NCBI GenBank assembly: GCA_030704615.1
Contig: CM060734.1
Span: 36,952,001 to 37,016,000 of the forward strand
Direction of reading: 5' to 3'
DNA length: 64,000 nt
From: Takakia lepidozioides
Lineage: Eukaryota > Plantae > Bryophyta
In this document: positions 51,898 to 64,000 of the stretch, one piece after another
Position numbering within the stretch: position 1 is the stretch's first letter
How the letters are laid out: each line of letters starts with the position of its first letter
Notes under the pieces: model-generated
The model's database searches: none
Told to the model about the DNA's origin: nothing
The model's input: only the letters and a program-made list of their open reading frames with translations
Made by a program: the position numbers and the translations under genes

Positions 51898-52549
51898 GAT
51901 TCATCCAAGAGAGCCGGACTTCAAGCTTCAGATTATCTATGATTCCCTATGGATCAATAGCTACAAGAAACCTGCATGGGTAGATGGTCAACTGGAAGCC
52001 GCAGCAGCAGTGGCACAATTGATAAAATCAGCACTGCTAATGAAGGCACCTTCTTCAACACATTTCACCCTGTTTTCCCTCTTATCATAATTGGCCCTAA
52101 ACTTTCATGTTGAATTCTGCAAGTTAGCTGGTTGAGTGAACCTTTGATAGTTTGGAGTGACTTTTCACATGATACTGCCAATGTGACAACAGGAAAGTAT
52201 CCAGAAACAGGTAACAGAGACGATGATAAGTTGTGGAATGAATACTTTTCTGACCCCAGTCAATGGTGGGACAATCGAGGCAAAAAGGTGAATGTCTGTT
52301 GGATTACAGAGAGTAGCAGATGCAATTGAGCATAAGAACTAGTGTGATAAGTTGAGTTGGGTGTTTCCTAGAACAAATCTAGGCTGCCCTTTGTCTGCAA
52401 GGCAAGGATGTATGTATGATTTGTGCAGAGGCATGGATAGGTGAAGGAGCAGGGATAGAGTGTGGGTCCAGATTCATCTAAGAGGGCCGGATTTCAAGCT
52501 CCAGATTACCTATGATTCCCTGTAGAAGGATAGCTACAAGAAACCTGCA
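51898..52549 (+). pseudogene. OSB/PTAC9-type PDF-motif fragments (ssDNA-binding repeat), in tandem
   Basis: HPREPDFK......SLWI.....PAWV..QL and LWNEYFSDPSQWWDNRGKK, with the intron repeated in each unit. Confidence 0.8.
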
Positions 52550-52637
52550 GAGGGAGGCCTTCACGTGTGATGACGTGGAGTGAGCCCCGTGACGTGGCGT
52601 GAGCGCAGTTGCGCTCACGTGACCAGGCTCACGTCGA

Positions 52638-54280
52638 GGCAAGGTAGCTGAAGGTCCCAATCTCCCAAGTGTCCCTTCTGCGAGCCATACTTGCGCAAGC
52701 CTTGCTAGACTGTTTGTACAACCCTCTCTGCCAGGCCATCAGCCTCGGGATGTACCAAGAAGTAGTGCGGTGATCTATCAAAGCTTGCTCACACAAAGCC
52801 TGAAACTCCCCCAAGAACTCTCTCCCCTGGTCCGTGAGTACTTCGGCTAGAGTACCAAATTGGTTAAGCACTCGATTTAAGAATGCAAACACAGCCCCCT
52901 CACTTGCCTTGTCAGACAATGCCACCAGTTCAATCCACTTGGAGAAATATTCCACCATCATCAGCACATACTTGTTATGGCGAATCGTTAGTGACGATGG
53001 GCCTGCAAAGTCAAGACTCCAACAATACCCCAAACCACTAACTGTTGTACATCCGTGTGCATGCCCCGCTACCAGCATTGTCCTTGCAGCAAACCATGAG
53101 TGTGCCACACCCCAAAATGTCCCAACTCCTCATAGGCATGGTGTATCAACCGCGCTCGTTGTGTTGGATGAGGCACAATCCTCACTCGTCCATCCTCCCA
53201 TACTCGGAGTAGGTGAGTCCCCTCCCACTTGAACCTCTTGGCTCGTTGTATGATCCGATCTCTGTCCTTAGCAGTCACCCTGGCTGATTTCTCTCCGGTA
53301 CGAAGGTAGGCCAACACTGTTGCATCTTCATGCACATCCTTAGCACCACCAAGCTCCTCACTGATCTCCAGATCATCATGCATACCATCTACATGACCAA
53401 TCCTATGGGATGGACTAGCTTGAGCTCCCATTGCTAGGATGCACAAAAAAACTTATGCGTGTCATCCTGGCACCATCTCCTCGTCCGTCTCACCATGCCA
53501 ACGAGCTCCTGTATCATCAAGCTCACTTGTGCATGGATTGCGACTCAACCCATTTGCTTCCCGATTGACTATACCGGCTCGATGCACCACTTGGAAGTCG
53601 TACTCTTGAAGCATAAGTGCCCACCGTGCAAGCTTCCCTGTAAGTCTGTCTGACTCCAGCAACCACTTCAATGGTTGGTGATCCATGACAAAGGTGAGAT
53701 TGCCATAGAGGTAGCATCTGAAATGTGTCACTGCCCATACTGCAACTAAACACTTTCTTTCATATGAGCTATACTTCACCTCTGCATTATTGTTCGAGCG
53801 GTTGGCGTATGCCACTACGAACTCTCTTCCCTCGTTATCCACCTGTGTGAGCACTACTCCAATCCCCAACATACTCCAATCCGTATGTAGCTTGAAAGGC
53901 CACCCCTGAATAGGCCGCCTCAGAATAGGTGCAGAAGTCAATCAAGCCTTGAGTTCCTCAAAAGCTTCCTCCTGCTCTTCCTCCCACTGCCACTCCTGAC
54001 CCACCTTGGTCAACTTGGTAAGAGCCTTTGCAATGCTGCTAAATCCCTTGACAAACTGTCGATAGTAGTTTGTCAACCCCATGAAAGCACGAACTCTGTT
54101 AACATCTATGGGGCGTGGAATGCGTGCAATGGCCTCCACCTTCGTCTTTTGAACACCCAATCCTCCAGGGTATATCATGTGGCCCAGATACTCAATCTGG
54201 TTGTGGAAGAACTTGCACTTCCTAGGATGCAATTTCAACCCATGCGCTCTCAAGCGCTCAAACACCATCTGAAGGTGTCT
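52638..54280 (-). pseudogene. Ty3/Gypsy RT C-terminus, RNase H and integrase core
   Basis: HL..VFERLR.HGLKL.P.KC.F....IEYLGH, LHTDWS..GIG.VL.Q, YSSYE.KCLVAVWAV.HFR.YL.G, DHQPLKWL, ELGHFG, WSLDFAGP, EVLTDQGREF. Confidence 0.93.
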
Positions 54281-54576
54281 CTCGGATCTCTTGGTCCGGA
54301 TTTGATCACCGGTCAATCCTAGAGCGTGCTGTCGGTGGTGAGGCTGGGATGACGACCAGTCATACCATCATTGTTTCTCTTATGGTGCTCAGCTAGGTTG
54401 ATGACCAGCAGACCATATGAGTGCTTGCGGTGGATGCAGGTGCAGGTGCAGGTTTACGTTAGAAACATAGTATTCTAAACCGTAAGCCGCAACATATTCT
54501 CTATCCGGTTACCTTGTGGAAAGGGGGATTAGAGACATGTTTACAACCGGCGTGGTTGTGAGTTTTCATCACGGAG

Positions 54577-57500
54577 GTGCCACCAGTTGTTGAGGGGAGT
54601 GCCGGTACGAGCACCAGCGATACTAGTGGGTATACAAAACAAGGTGTGCGGTTTAGGCCACCTTCACCTTCAGTGTCTTCTGAGGAAGGTTCAGACTCAG
54701 AGTTAGGAGGATTCTCGCCGAGGGTGCAAGCCATTTCCGTGCCATTATTGTGGGATACGATGGAGGAAATGTATGGAGCTATGAAGGGGCCACGTAGGTA
54801 CTCTGGAGCTGTGGGCACCATCGAGCTTGATGATTTCATACATGAGTTTGATAGTTGGTGTGATTTGCAGCAGATGCGCAATCCACAACTGTTTACGCCT
54901 TTTATGGTGTGGAAGGGGTTGTTTCAGCACCTTGAGGGGCCGCCCATGGATGACTACCATGAGTTTAGGTGGAGACATGAGGTGGAGATTGGGGAATGAC
55001 GGGCTAGACCAGCCATTGAGAGTAGTATGATGACTCCTGGGGTAGTCCCGGTGGACAATCAGGATGGTGTGTTTCAGTTGGGTGGCCCAGCCGGAAGGAG
55101 GCATAGGCCACTGCGGGTCTTGTTGCACTCGGGAGCACAGCCATTGATGTTGGGGAGAGCAACAATTGCAGGCTTGGGCCTTATAGAGGCGGACTTGGAG
55201 CCTTGTCCTTTCCAAATTCAAACATCTTTGGGTGGTTCAGAGAAGGCGCGAGGGATAACACGCCATGAGCTCTCCATTCGATTACAGTCGGATCATCCTA
55301 CGGACGGCTCAGTCATGAGAGCTAAAGCCATTGTTACGGACGTGATGTCCTATGATGTGCTTGTTGTTGGGGCTGTGTTGTATCCCTTGGGGATTTACTC
55401 TGGACTTTTGGGAGGAAACGACATCCTACAGGCCGGAATGGCAGTTAGGGGATGGTCAACGTGCACTGCTCCCAGTGCGGTTTATTGGGAATGTAGCGGT
55501 GGATCATAGGAACATGATGCCCACATTGGCTGCATTCTCAGGGATGGTGGCTTGGGGTGGTGAGCTCTTGGAGGGCAATAGCCATGCAGATGATAGGCCA
55601 CCACCTGATGAGGACAAACAAGGCTGATAAGGCATATAAGGCTGATTTGCTTCCTCATGTATCTATTCATATTCCACTGTGGGGTACAGTTGGGAATTTG
55701 CATCGAATAGCAGGCGAGTGTGTGCACCAAGCATGACAGGAGGCCTATCCATTGGTGAGTAAGGGGAGTTCAGTGACATCACCTGGACCTCCTCAGTTAG
55801 CTCCTTTGGACACAGTGCCCATTACCTGGCAACCACCTGACTCAGGGATTTGTTTGCTAGACCTGTTTGGAGGCATGAGCACTGGGCTTGCAGGAGTATT
55901 GCAAGCAAGGATTAAAGCACGCAAGTACTTGTATGTGGAGAAGGATGAGAAGGATGCTCGGCGTATTTCTATGCGCCACATCGCCTTGCTCACACACCGG
56001 TATCCTGCGTTGTTGCCTCTCTCAGCAATTCAAGGGTATCAAAAGGCCTTGCCAGCAGACATTACCTTGCTGGGGGCGGATGATTTGGACCGCCATGGTG
56101 CCATTGACTTGGTGATAGCTGGATGGCCTTGCCAAGGACACTCTCCCGCAGGTCATGGGAATGGCTTCCATGATGCACGATCGCATTTGTTTTGGGAGAT
56201 GTTGAGAGTGTTGCGTGACTTGCAGACGAGGCAAGTGCAACCTCTAGCCTATATCTTGGAGAATGTTCTTCTTATAGGGGACTCTCGGGCCAGGGTTATG
56301 GCTAGTGTGCATCAGGTGCGGTCTTGGATTGAATCGGCGGTGCTATTGGATGCAGCAGCGGTGGGATCACGCGCGCATCGACCTCGATTGTGGTGGACCA
56401 ATCTTGCACCACCAGAGCTGCTCAAGAGAGTATACGATTCTATTCAACGGCCACCCAAGGGAAGCACCACAGAGGGTGCGACATGATGACCGTCCACCTC
56501 TAGCAGTGGTCAATCGAGTGGGGCAGCCACGTGCGGCCTTTCTTACGCTCATGGGCTTTCCCTCGTCTCATGCTTTTTGATACAATGGTCTTGGGTTGAT
56601 TTGGGACAATGTGCTACAGCAATTGGTGTCCAAGCCCAATGCGGATGAACGAGAGCGGACAATGGGATTTGCCACGGGTACTACAGCTGTGCCAGTTCTG
56701 TCAGAGGCATCACGCCGACATGTGTTGGGTCAAGCAATGGATCTAAATTGCTTGACGTGGATCATTAGCTTGTGCATGGCTGAGCAACGGAGGTTGTATG
56801 TAATGGTGGCTACTTCTACACTCCCATTGGGTATTGCATCATCTCTACCAACCGAGACGGTTAAGGCAGTGAGTGGGGACGAGCACAGGATCATGGAGTG
56901 CAAACACCCATGGCAGATGTGGGATGAGATGCGAAAAAAAAGAGTCATTGGATCTCTCAAGGAGCAATATGAGGAGTGGGGAGAGCCATACATGGAGGAT
57001 CAGTTGGAGTCCAAGGTGGCCAAGATTTTTGAAGAGGTTGAGAATGTTTCTTGCTTAGAGGATGTTCTCAAGGTGGCTATGGCGGAGCAACTGGAGGCTA
57101 CGCCACAGTCAGGGTGGGAAGACAAGGCCCAAGAGGTTGATATCTAGCAATCAAAGGATGCGTCTCCTACCTCCAAGCCTGGTGTAACCAAGATTGCAGT
57201 CACTGAGGACAATTGGGAACCAGATGTTGGACCTACAGTCACCGGAGGAGAGAGACGGAAGATCCAGCGATTTCTAAGGGCTTATAGAAATTGCTTTGCC
57301 TTCGGTTTGAAGGATTTGGGGAGTTGAAGGGCCAGGAGATTCGTATTGATTTGGCAAGTGACACGCCAATTTTTCGAAGGCCCTACAGGTATAGTGATAT
57401 GGAGAGGTCTTTGATCCAGTCACGGACTATGGAGTTGTTCGAAGCTGGATTGGTGGAGTTGTCAGGCGGAAGTATGCCTCGGCAACGGTGATGTTAGCTA

Positions 57501-57840
57501 AGAAGGATATCTATGGCAATTGGACAGAAAGGAGGATGTGTGGGGACTACCGTCCTGTGAACTGTCAGATTAAGTCCGATAGATATGCCATGCCAACTCC
57601 AGAAGAGATCTTTGATGCCATTGGGCATGCAAAGGTGTTTAGCACATTGGACTTGCGATCCGGGTACCACCAGTTGCCAATCAAAGAGGCTGACAAGCAA
57701 AAGATGATATTCTGGGGGATTGACCAACATGGGAAATATTTCTTGTACCAATGCGGTTCCTACCGTTTGGGTTGAAGAATGCTCTTGTAGAGTTTCATAG
57801 GGTCATAGATAGGATTCTTGCGGGGCTAGACTTTGCCCGA
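54577..57840 (+). pseudogene. Ty3/Gypsy gag remnant, protease, C5-DNA methyltransferase and RT N-terminus (inverted block)
   Basis: gag-like RYSG......LDDF..EFDSWC; protease RVLL(H)SGAQP; RT RRMCGDYRPVN..IKSDRYAMP, FSTLDLRSGYHQ, PFGLKNA; breaks off just before YIDD. Confidence 0.88.
55840..56790 (+). pseudogene. C5 cytosine DNA methyltransferase domain inside the retrotransposon polyprotein
   Basis: Motif I LLDLFGGMSTG, II YLYVEKD, III DI, IV IAGWPCQG (catalytic Cys), VI ILENV, VIII RAHRPRLWWTN, IX ERERTMGF, X LGQAMD; one frameshift and one stop. Confidence 0.92.
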
Positions 57841-60800
57841 CAAACAAGAGTAATGTGCATTGACCGGATCATGTATAAGGTGTACACGTCTAATCCAGCA
57901 AGCTGTCTTACCAAGGCCTAGCTCAAAATTTCAGCATTCAGAAGCCCTATAGATGTTCTATGCTTATCTCAGGTACCTTCAAGGATGCCTTACTCTCCAT
58001 GCCCAATTAGCCAACATATTTTTGCTGGAGAAGATCTTACCTTATGAAGGACTTGCTTGCTCCACACCATGGTCATGGCGGGAGAGGAGGCTGATATCTC
58101 ATGGCTTTGGCCTTCCCATTGCCTTGGGTTCATCAATTCAATCAGGAACATATTTGATAACCTTTTGTCATGCTCAGACCAAGGTGTTAGTAAATCAAAC
58201 ATAAAACTAAAAACAGAAGGGAGATTGGTTGATAATGTGTACAAGAACCACCAAGTACACTGGTCTAAATCAGAGAGGGAAGATACTTATGTCTTGTCAA
58301 GACATGGACAAAGACCTGACAAGGTCATTGTAAAATTAACGACAAATCAGCCTCATAACAAGGCATTATCAACCATTCTTCATTCACAAGTCAGCTTTAT
58401 GACAAATCCCAGACTTCAAAGTCAATGAAATCTCTGGGTGGGGGGGGGGGGGTGGGGAAAATTAGAGACTCAATTACCACTGTTCATAGCAGGAAACCAT
58501 TGTTCAGCATGCTAAAAAGTGCCATTCATGACATGCCATGTCATTCAGTCTGTATTTTTTGGTCAAGAGTAGGTAGGTCTGCAAAGCCTCCATCCCACGC
58601 CCCATGCATATCCTGTGATCATCGCGTTCCATGACACAACATCTCTCGCGGGCGCAGGAGAAAAAAAAGCCCAAGTCCCAGCCCTCACGGCGTAATAGAC
58701 AACCCTAATAAGCAATTTTTTGAATTTTTTTTAACCTTTTGCACTTTGATTCATTCCTATGGTCATATGCTAAAATCCTGCTACCATAATCATCCCTTCT
58801 ACCGTTGCATCTGCCAAGATTCTCAGTAAGGCCTTCAGCGAATTTGCTCATGATGTTCAGCATACCTAATCTTAAACCGTTAGATCTTAAATAATCTAGA
58901 CCGTTAGATCTTATACAATCTAACAATTCAAAATAATTTATCTAACCTTGTACAACCATGACCATTGCGAATTTAAATCTCATATATCTTGCGATGTTTG
59001 TTAAGCCACGTCCATCCAGGTCCAATTTATTGAACAAATATCAAATCGACACATGTTCAAATATGACACGACCACCGTATAGACGGATGGATGTACCCAT
59101 CCATAAGATGAATTCATTCATGTATATGCATTTAAAATGACACGTGTAGTGATGTAGTCATATATATAGAGTTATGAAACAATCTTCAGTAAGGCAGTCA
59201 TAAGTTTACATGCCATGTCATCTCAGTCATGAAGTCATAAGTTTCCATGAAACGTCGTCCACGTGTAGTGAAACATATCACACTAGTCATATAAACCATC
59301 CCTGTCATCATGGTCAACAATGTTTGACCAATGATCCAAATCTTTCCGGAGTCATGTAGTGATATCCATTACTACAGAGTGATAAAACTATGACTACAAT
59401 GCATTTCAGCGCTCTGTAGTCATATATCTAGTGCCGCTGTTATGACTCCGCCAAAGTCGCAGTCATAAAAACGCTCATCTGTTGTAGTGAATTGAGTGGG
59501 AGAGACGGACAATCCACATCGGAGCGCTGATTAGGACGGTGATGAATTTCAAATCAGACAGATGTTTGAATTTAAGCTAACAGCCGTTAGATCAAACCGA
59601 TCTCGACCGTTGAGGTTTTTTTCAATTTGACCTAATGGTTACTTTCTCCTAAAGTGAGGTGGCCCTATGGATGCTTCATTCTTCCCCTAATGGTTGGAGT
59701 AATTCTTTCTTGCATTGTTTAGTTGTTTTGCAACCATATAGTGGGAATGTGTGATGAAGAGTCAAGGAGCATATCATGAAACGTCACCTACTGGTATATT
59801 GCACAGGGCATTTCCAACAAAGGAGTGAGAGTCTTGCCAAGCATGTGGGTTAAGCAAGTATACAGATAAGACTGCACTTCAGTGCTTGCTACTCCCTTTG
59901 GATGAATAAAAGACACAACCAGACAAACAATCTCATTCCAGAGTACAAGAAACAAGAAAGGTAGAAATAGACTTTGTCTTCCCTTCCGTTGCGACATTGT
60001 CTAGTCTACCTGAAGGGCTAACAATGTGAATCGAACATGTTGAGTTAAGCAGGATAACAACCACCCAGGATAGCAGTGTTGCCCTGGGCGAATGTACCAA
60101 ACCCATGAGTTCTTCAGTACTCCTTAAAAAGATCACTGAGGAGAAAATGTGTTGAGACAAAGGTACTATTGTGGCGTATGTGGAGATATCCTTGTTGTTT
60201 GGGACGCTCATGCTTTATTGCATGTCACAACCATCTTTGAAGACCTATAAGTGCGATGTGAAGGCCTAACTATTGATATTGATTGATGTAGTGCATACTA
60301 CAGAGAACTTGGGACTGTGCATGACGAGGGGATGAGCTCGTCCGACACATCTAACAATGTGGTTTATCTCTGTCTTTGCACGAATTAGGGTGGTGTTTGT
60401 TTTGTTTTTGGTAGTTTATTTGATTTGTAGGAGCGCTTGGCGTGTCATTCATTATCCCCTCTGTTTTGTGTGATTAATGTTGGATAGGGTCTGTTTGTTT
60501 TGCAGCTTATATTTTCAGGACTATGACTGGACCTGCAACAATGACAGGACCTACAACTATGACCTCAACCTTATTTATGACACATGACATAGATAATGAA
60601 CTGCAGCTATGACATGAGCTGCCACGTCGCCAATAACATAATCTCATAGTTGTTTGGAAAGCCTTAGTAATTGTTTGTTTTGCTTATTTGTTTCAAAACT
60701 TTCTGTTTTTGCTTGCTCTTAATTCGTTTTGATGGTCGTGTCTATAAGTGATCATAATCCCCCAGCCAAGTGGGGGTGTGCAAACAAGGATGGGGCATTT

Positions 60801-62523
60801 CCCCTTCAGGAATTCCCCCTCATTGTATACATGTGTGGGCTGCCAATGGGGTAGGACCGGCTTGGGTTCAAATCCCACTCTCACAATCATGTATAAGGTG
60901 TCTCTATAGGGATGTTAGGCTGGTACAAAGATAGATGTGGGCTGCTATTGTTGATGTGAAAAGAAGACTTGGTGGTTCTGTGATGGAAGACTAGGATAGC
61001 TCAATGCAAACAATTAAACATAATCTTCTTATAATCAAACAGGTCCTCATCAATTGTTGGCTTCAATAACAAAACCATTGTCTATTAGTTGTAATAACAA
61101 ATAAAGCCATTGTCTACTTAAATTCACACATAACTATTCACTGTACCATTTTTTTCTATCCCATTCAATCGAAACAATATATGTTTTGATTATAGTTGTG
61201 CTGTCACTCTCGGCTTAATCTAAACAACTAAGTCATTCTAATCACATATAAACCCTAAATCTAGCCCAACCATGGATTCAAACCAGTCCATAAACCCCAA
61301 ATGCATACACGTCTTGGTAGTACTATAGATAGACGCCGCACATTTTCTTTTTGGTGGGGGCTGGGGCATTTCTAGGCTTGGGGTACTCGGTTCTAAGCCT
61401 AAGATTATCATATTTTATGCTAGTAGAGCTGGATCTTTCATACCCGTGTTTAGAACCGGGTCTATACTCGCCTTAAACCTGGATACCAGACCAACATTGG
61501 TTAAGACACTTTAAAGGTTGATTGATTGTGTTGTTATGAAGTGAAAAACCTGACATTGAAGCTCCATGAACATTGAATACCTCCTCTGTGCTGGCCATTC
61601 CTTCCCCTCCTGTTTGGGTTGCCCGACTTGAAGCCCATGCAGCAGTCTCAGCCTGGTTCGGCCTTTCTCCCGGAATCTCCTGGTGCTGCTCCATGGAAAC
61701 CTCTTCCTCCTTGTCTGACTGTACTTCGAAGTCCTCTTTCTCCCCTTCTTCTTCCGCTTGGGCTTCCTGTGTGATTTTCGGAAGCGGCCGCATGACTGGG
61801 CCTTCTTTCCCAACCCCTATGTCTTCCATTCCTCTTCTCGCCACTGTCTCTAGCAGTCTCATTGGGGACCATTCATCCTGCAGAAGGCTTTGGTCTCTCA
61901 TTAATGTAGAAGCTTCTAAAGCCAACTGAATTTTTTTCAATGGAGCATTATTTGTCGCAAATGGGTCTAAACATAATGTTGTAGTTGTATGTCCATTAAG
62001 TATCTTTGTAGCTTACGTCAATAACTCACAGCTAGAGATATTCTTTCCCCCCCTACTCTTGTGGAGATTTTATTATAGGAAAAGATAAGTAAGTTTCCAC
62101 TAAAAATGAATGAGCCGCATCACTTTCATCTCTAAGAGAGGCCCAATCTACATCTCATGAATTAGTAGGGCACATGACAAAATGATAATGAAATGTGAAT
62201 GGGACAAAGTCACTAAATGGCCATGGACCAAACCATCTAAAGACACTTTTACGAAAACAATTGAAAACATGAATCAAATGAGAAGAAATAAGATTTCCAT
62301 TGGAAGCTACTAGCGCAAATTAAAACCGCTTCCTAATCAAGAAAAAATACCCTAAGTGCTCTCCCAAAGGAAACGTAAAAATAGTGTCTCTTCATCCCGA
62401 AAGACTACCGTCTTCCGATGGAAACTAGACACTTTAAATCCTAGATCACCTAGGTTATGCACCGGCAAGGCACAAACACCCACCCATTGGGCTCCTTGCT
62501 CTAGTATCTTTCCCAATCATTAT

Positions 62524-63000
62524 CTAATTGGTTTTCAAAGCTACACCAAATATAACCTTCACCTTCATGTCCAATCTTCGTACATATTGAGTATGCCTCG
62601 AAATCTTAAACCCTAATTTTGCCATAGCTTTAAACACTTGTTGAACTGAAATAGGCTTGTCCACATAACAACGGTTGTAATGCTTTGTCAATTCATAACC
62701 TGTGATTGAACACCTTTCTCCAACGCAACAATCTTGAAAAAGAATTTTATGCATTCTATCCAAGAACAACGAGTTGCTATCAATTTGTCGACAAAGTGCA
62801 TCTTCCCGCACCTTCATTACCTCCTTATGATGATCAATAGCGATTGGTTGATCTTGTACCTCCGCTGAAGATGCCGAAGGAGCAACCAACATCTCTAAAT
62901 CAAGGAGGCACTTTTGCAAGCCCTCACGCATGTGTAGAGTCCATAAGCCCTTGTTTTCTTCAATTTCACGCTCTTTCATGCACGAAGTGCATACCTCCAA
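62524..63000 (-). other. Unassigned 158-aa ORF, probably the 3' end of a longer decayed coding region extending to about 63900
   Basis: Protein-like composition; upstream sequence is broken by stops; no family confidently recognised. Confidence 0.3.
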
Positions 63001-64000
63001 CTCTTGACCACTACATCAAAAGTCATGATAAATGCATAATTAACAAAACATCCACCTAAAAAATCTCTATTCTCACTCATCTTGATGTTTTCGATTGAGA
63101 CAAAATCTCCTCGTCCTTGTAATAGGGAAATACTTGTCTGCAAAGGTAGTCTAAACCCTAACAATGATCACCCGGAAGTCTACGTAAATAAGAGCCTCTT
63201 CTTCTTGCAAGTACTCGAGTGTGGGCTACTTAAAACCCTAACGAATGTTGCTCGAGGTAATCTTTGCATGGTAATCCTACACCTAGTTTGAATGGGATAG
63301 AGAGAGATATATATGCCCTTGTTCGAGGCATGGGAGACTGCCATATTCTTCAAAGAACTCTTCATTTCCTAAAGACGTCCTTGGTGAGAAATGTTTCACT
63401 AGCTTTGGTTATTAGCCAATCCATCTCCATATATCTTTTTCTTTCCATTGGGATTGACGTTCTTCACTTTCATCAATCACAATTCTAAGCAATACATTAA
63501 TACTTACTTGGAGTGTGGTAAACTGAAGAATGCCCAGTCGCAAATGCTCCCACAACCATGACACAAACGGATCTCATCATCCAAAAACTCCGAGAAAGGC
63601 TCCGAGTCATGACCTATTGGTAGCTCTTCTAGGATGGGACGCACAAACATCGCGATCTCCTATAAACATTTATCAATAAAAATAGTCTCTCAATAGAAAT
63701 AAGGGTATACTTACGTATTACATACTCAATTGTGGATCACGAGTTTGTAAATACATTGCAAGCTATTAGATCTTGATTGATAAAAGAGGACGTTTAATAA
63801 AGGATCATTTCATACATGGGTATGCTTTGTTTTGACAAAGCCCCATAAAGAAAAACCGACTACTATATCACGGAGGATGACGCCGACAGAAGCAAATGTA
63901 ATAGGCTATTCATGAGGTATATTAACCCAATTTCTAACAAAGCAATAAAAAGACATGTTCATGTGTCTGACAAAGCCAACATCCCTTCTTCACCCTTACA

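Larger units (their letters stand above)
36673..52637. mobile_element. Mutator-like element (about 11.9 kb): body 36673 to about 48463, right end displaced to 52550-52637 by an inversion
   Basis: 10-bp target duplication TGCAGGTTTC (36663-36672; reverse complement at 52540-52549) splits one PDF exon; TGACGTGGCGTGAGC repeats read inward from both ends; contains a MULE transposase. The outermost bases do not form TIRs. Confidence 0.75.
34993..59489. mobile_element. CACTA-ended element, 24.5 kb including nested insertions; no CACTA transposase seen (non-autonomous, Pack-type)
   Basis: TIR CACTACAACAGATGAGCGT(A/T)TTTATGACTGC at 34993 and its reverse complement ending at 59489 (1 mismatch in 31); 3-bp TSD AAT at 34990-34992 and 59490-59492; ATGACTAC/GTAGTCAT subterminal repeats at both ends. 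Confidence 0.93.

Noticed and set aside
54291-54312. Primer-binding site TGGTCCGGATTTGATC
   Set aside because: Sits at an inversion breakpoint with no adjacent 5' LTR, and I cannot match it to a tRNA 3' end.
31545-59666. TIR pair for the RAG1-like element (CACCTCATTTGG at 31557 versus CCTAAAGTGAGGTG ending 59661)
   Set aside because: Short imperfect match with no matching TSD; could be chance.
59846-59853. GGGTTAA as the piggyBac right end
   Set aside because: Adjacent bases do not match the candidate left TIR.

Overview
Eukaryotic nuclear DNA from a land plant, most likely a non-seed plant (bryophyte, lycophyte or fern; inferred from gene and TE content). 1-19 kb holds three intact spliced host genes: a SHOU4/At1g16860-like membrane protein (-), the chloroplast division gene ARC6 (+) and an A1 nepenthesin/ASPG-like aspartic protease (-). 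20-64 kb is a nest of decayed transposons: a complete hAT element (15-bp TIRs, 8-bp TSD), a piggyBac-type transposase relic, a RAG1/Transib-like transposase relic and a 24.5-kb CACTA-ended element (about 31-bp TIRs, AAT TSD). The CACTA element carries Tubby, PPR and OSB-PDF gene fragments, and two further elements have inserted into it. One is a Mutator-like element (10-bp TSD) with a DDE-SWIM transposase and a divergent cargo gene that, after undoing a 2.5-kb inversion, reads as a ParB-like domain fused to a beta-class N4C/N6A DNA methyltransferase, with about 10 palindromic 20-28-bp sites in its introns. The other is a Ty3/Gypsy retrotransposon with a C5 cytosine methyltransferase between protease and RT and a PHD finger after integrase. 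Four local inversions scramble these elements, and the ORFs only make sense once they are reversed. All family calls are from manual motif recognition, not database searches.
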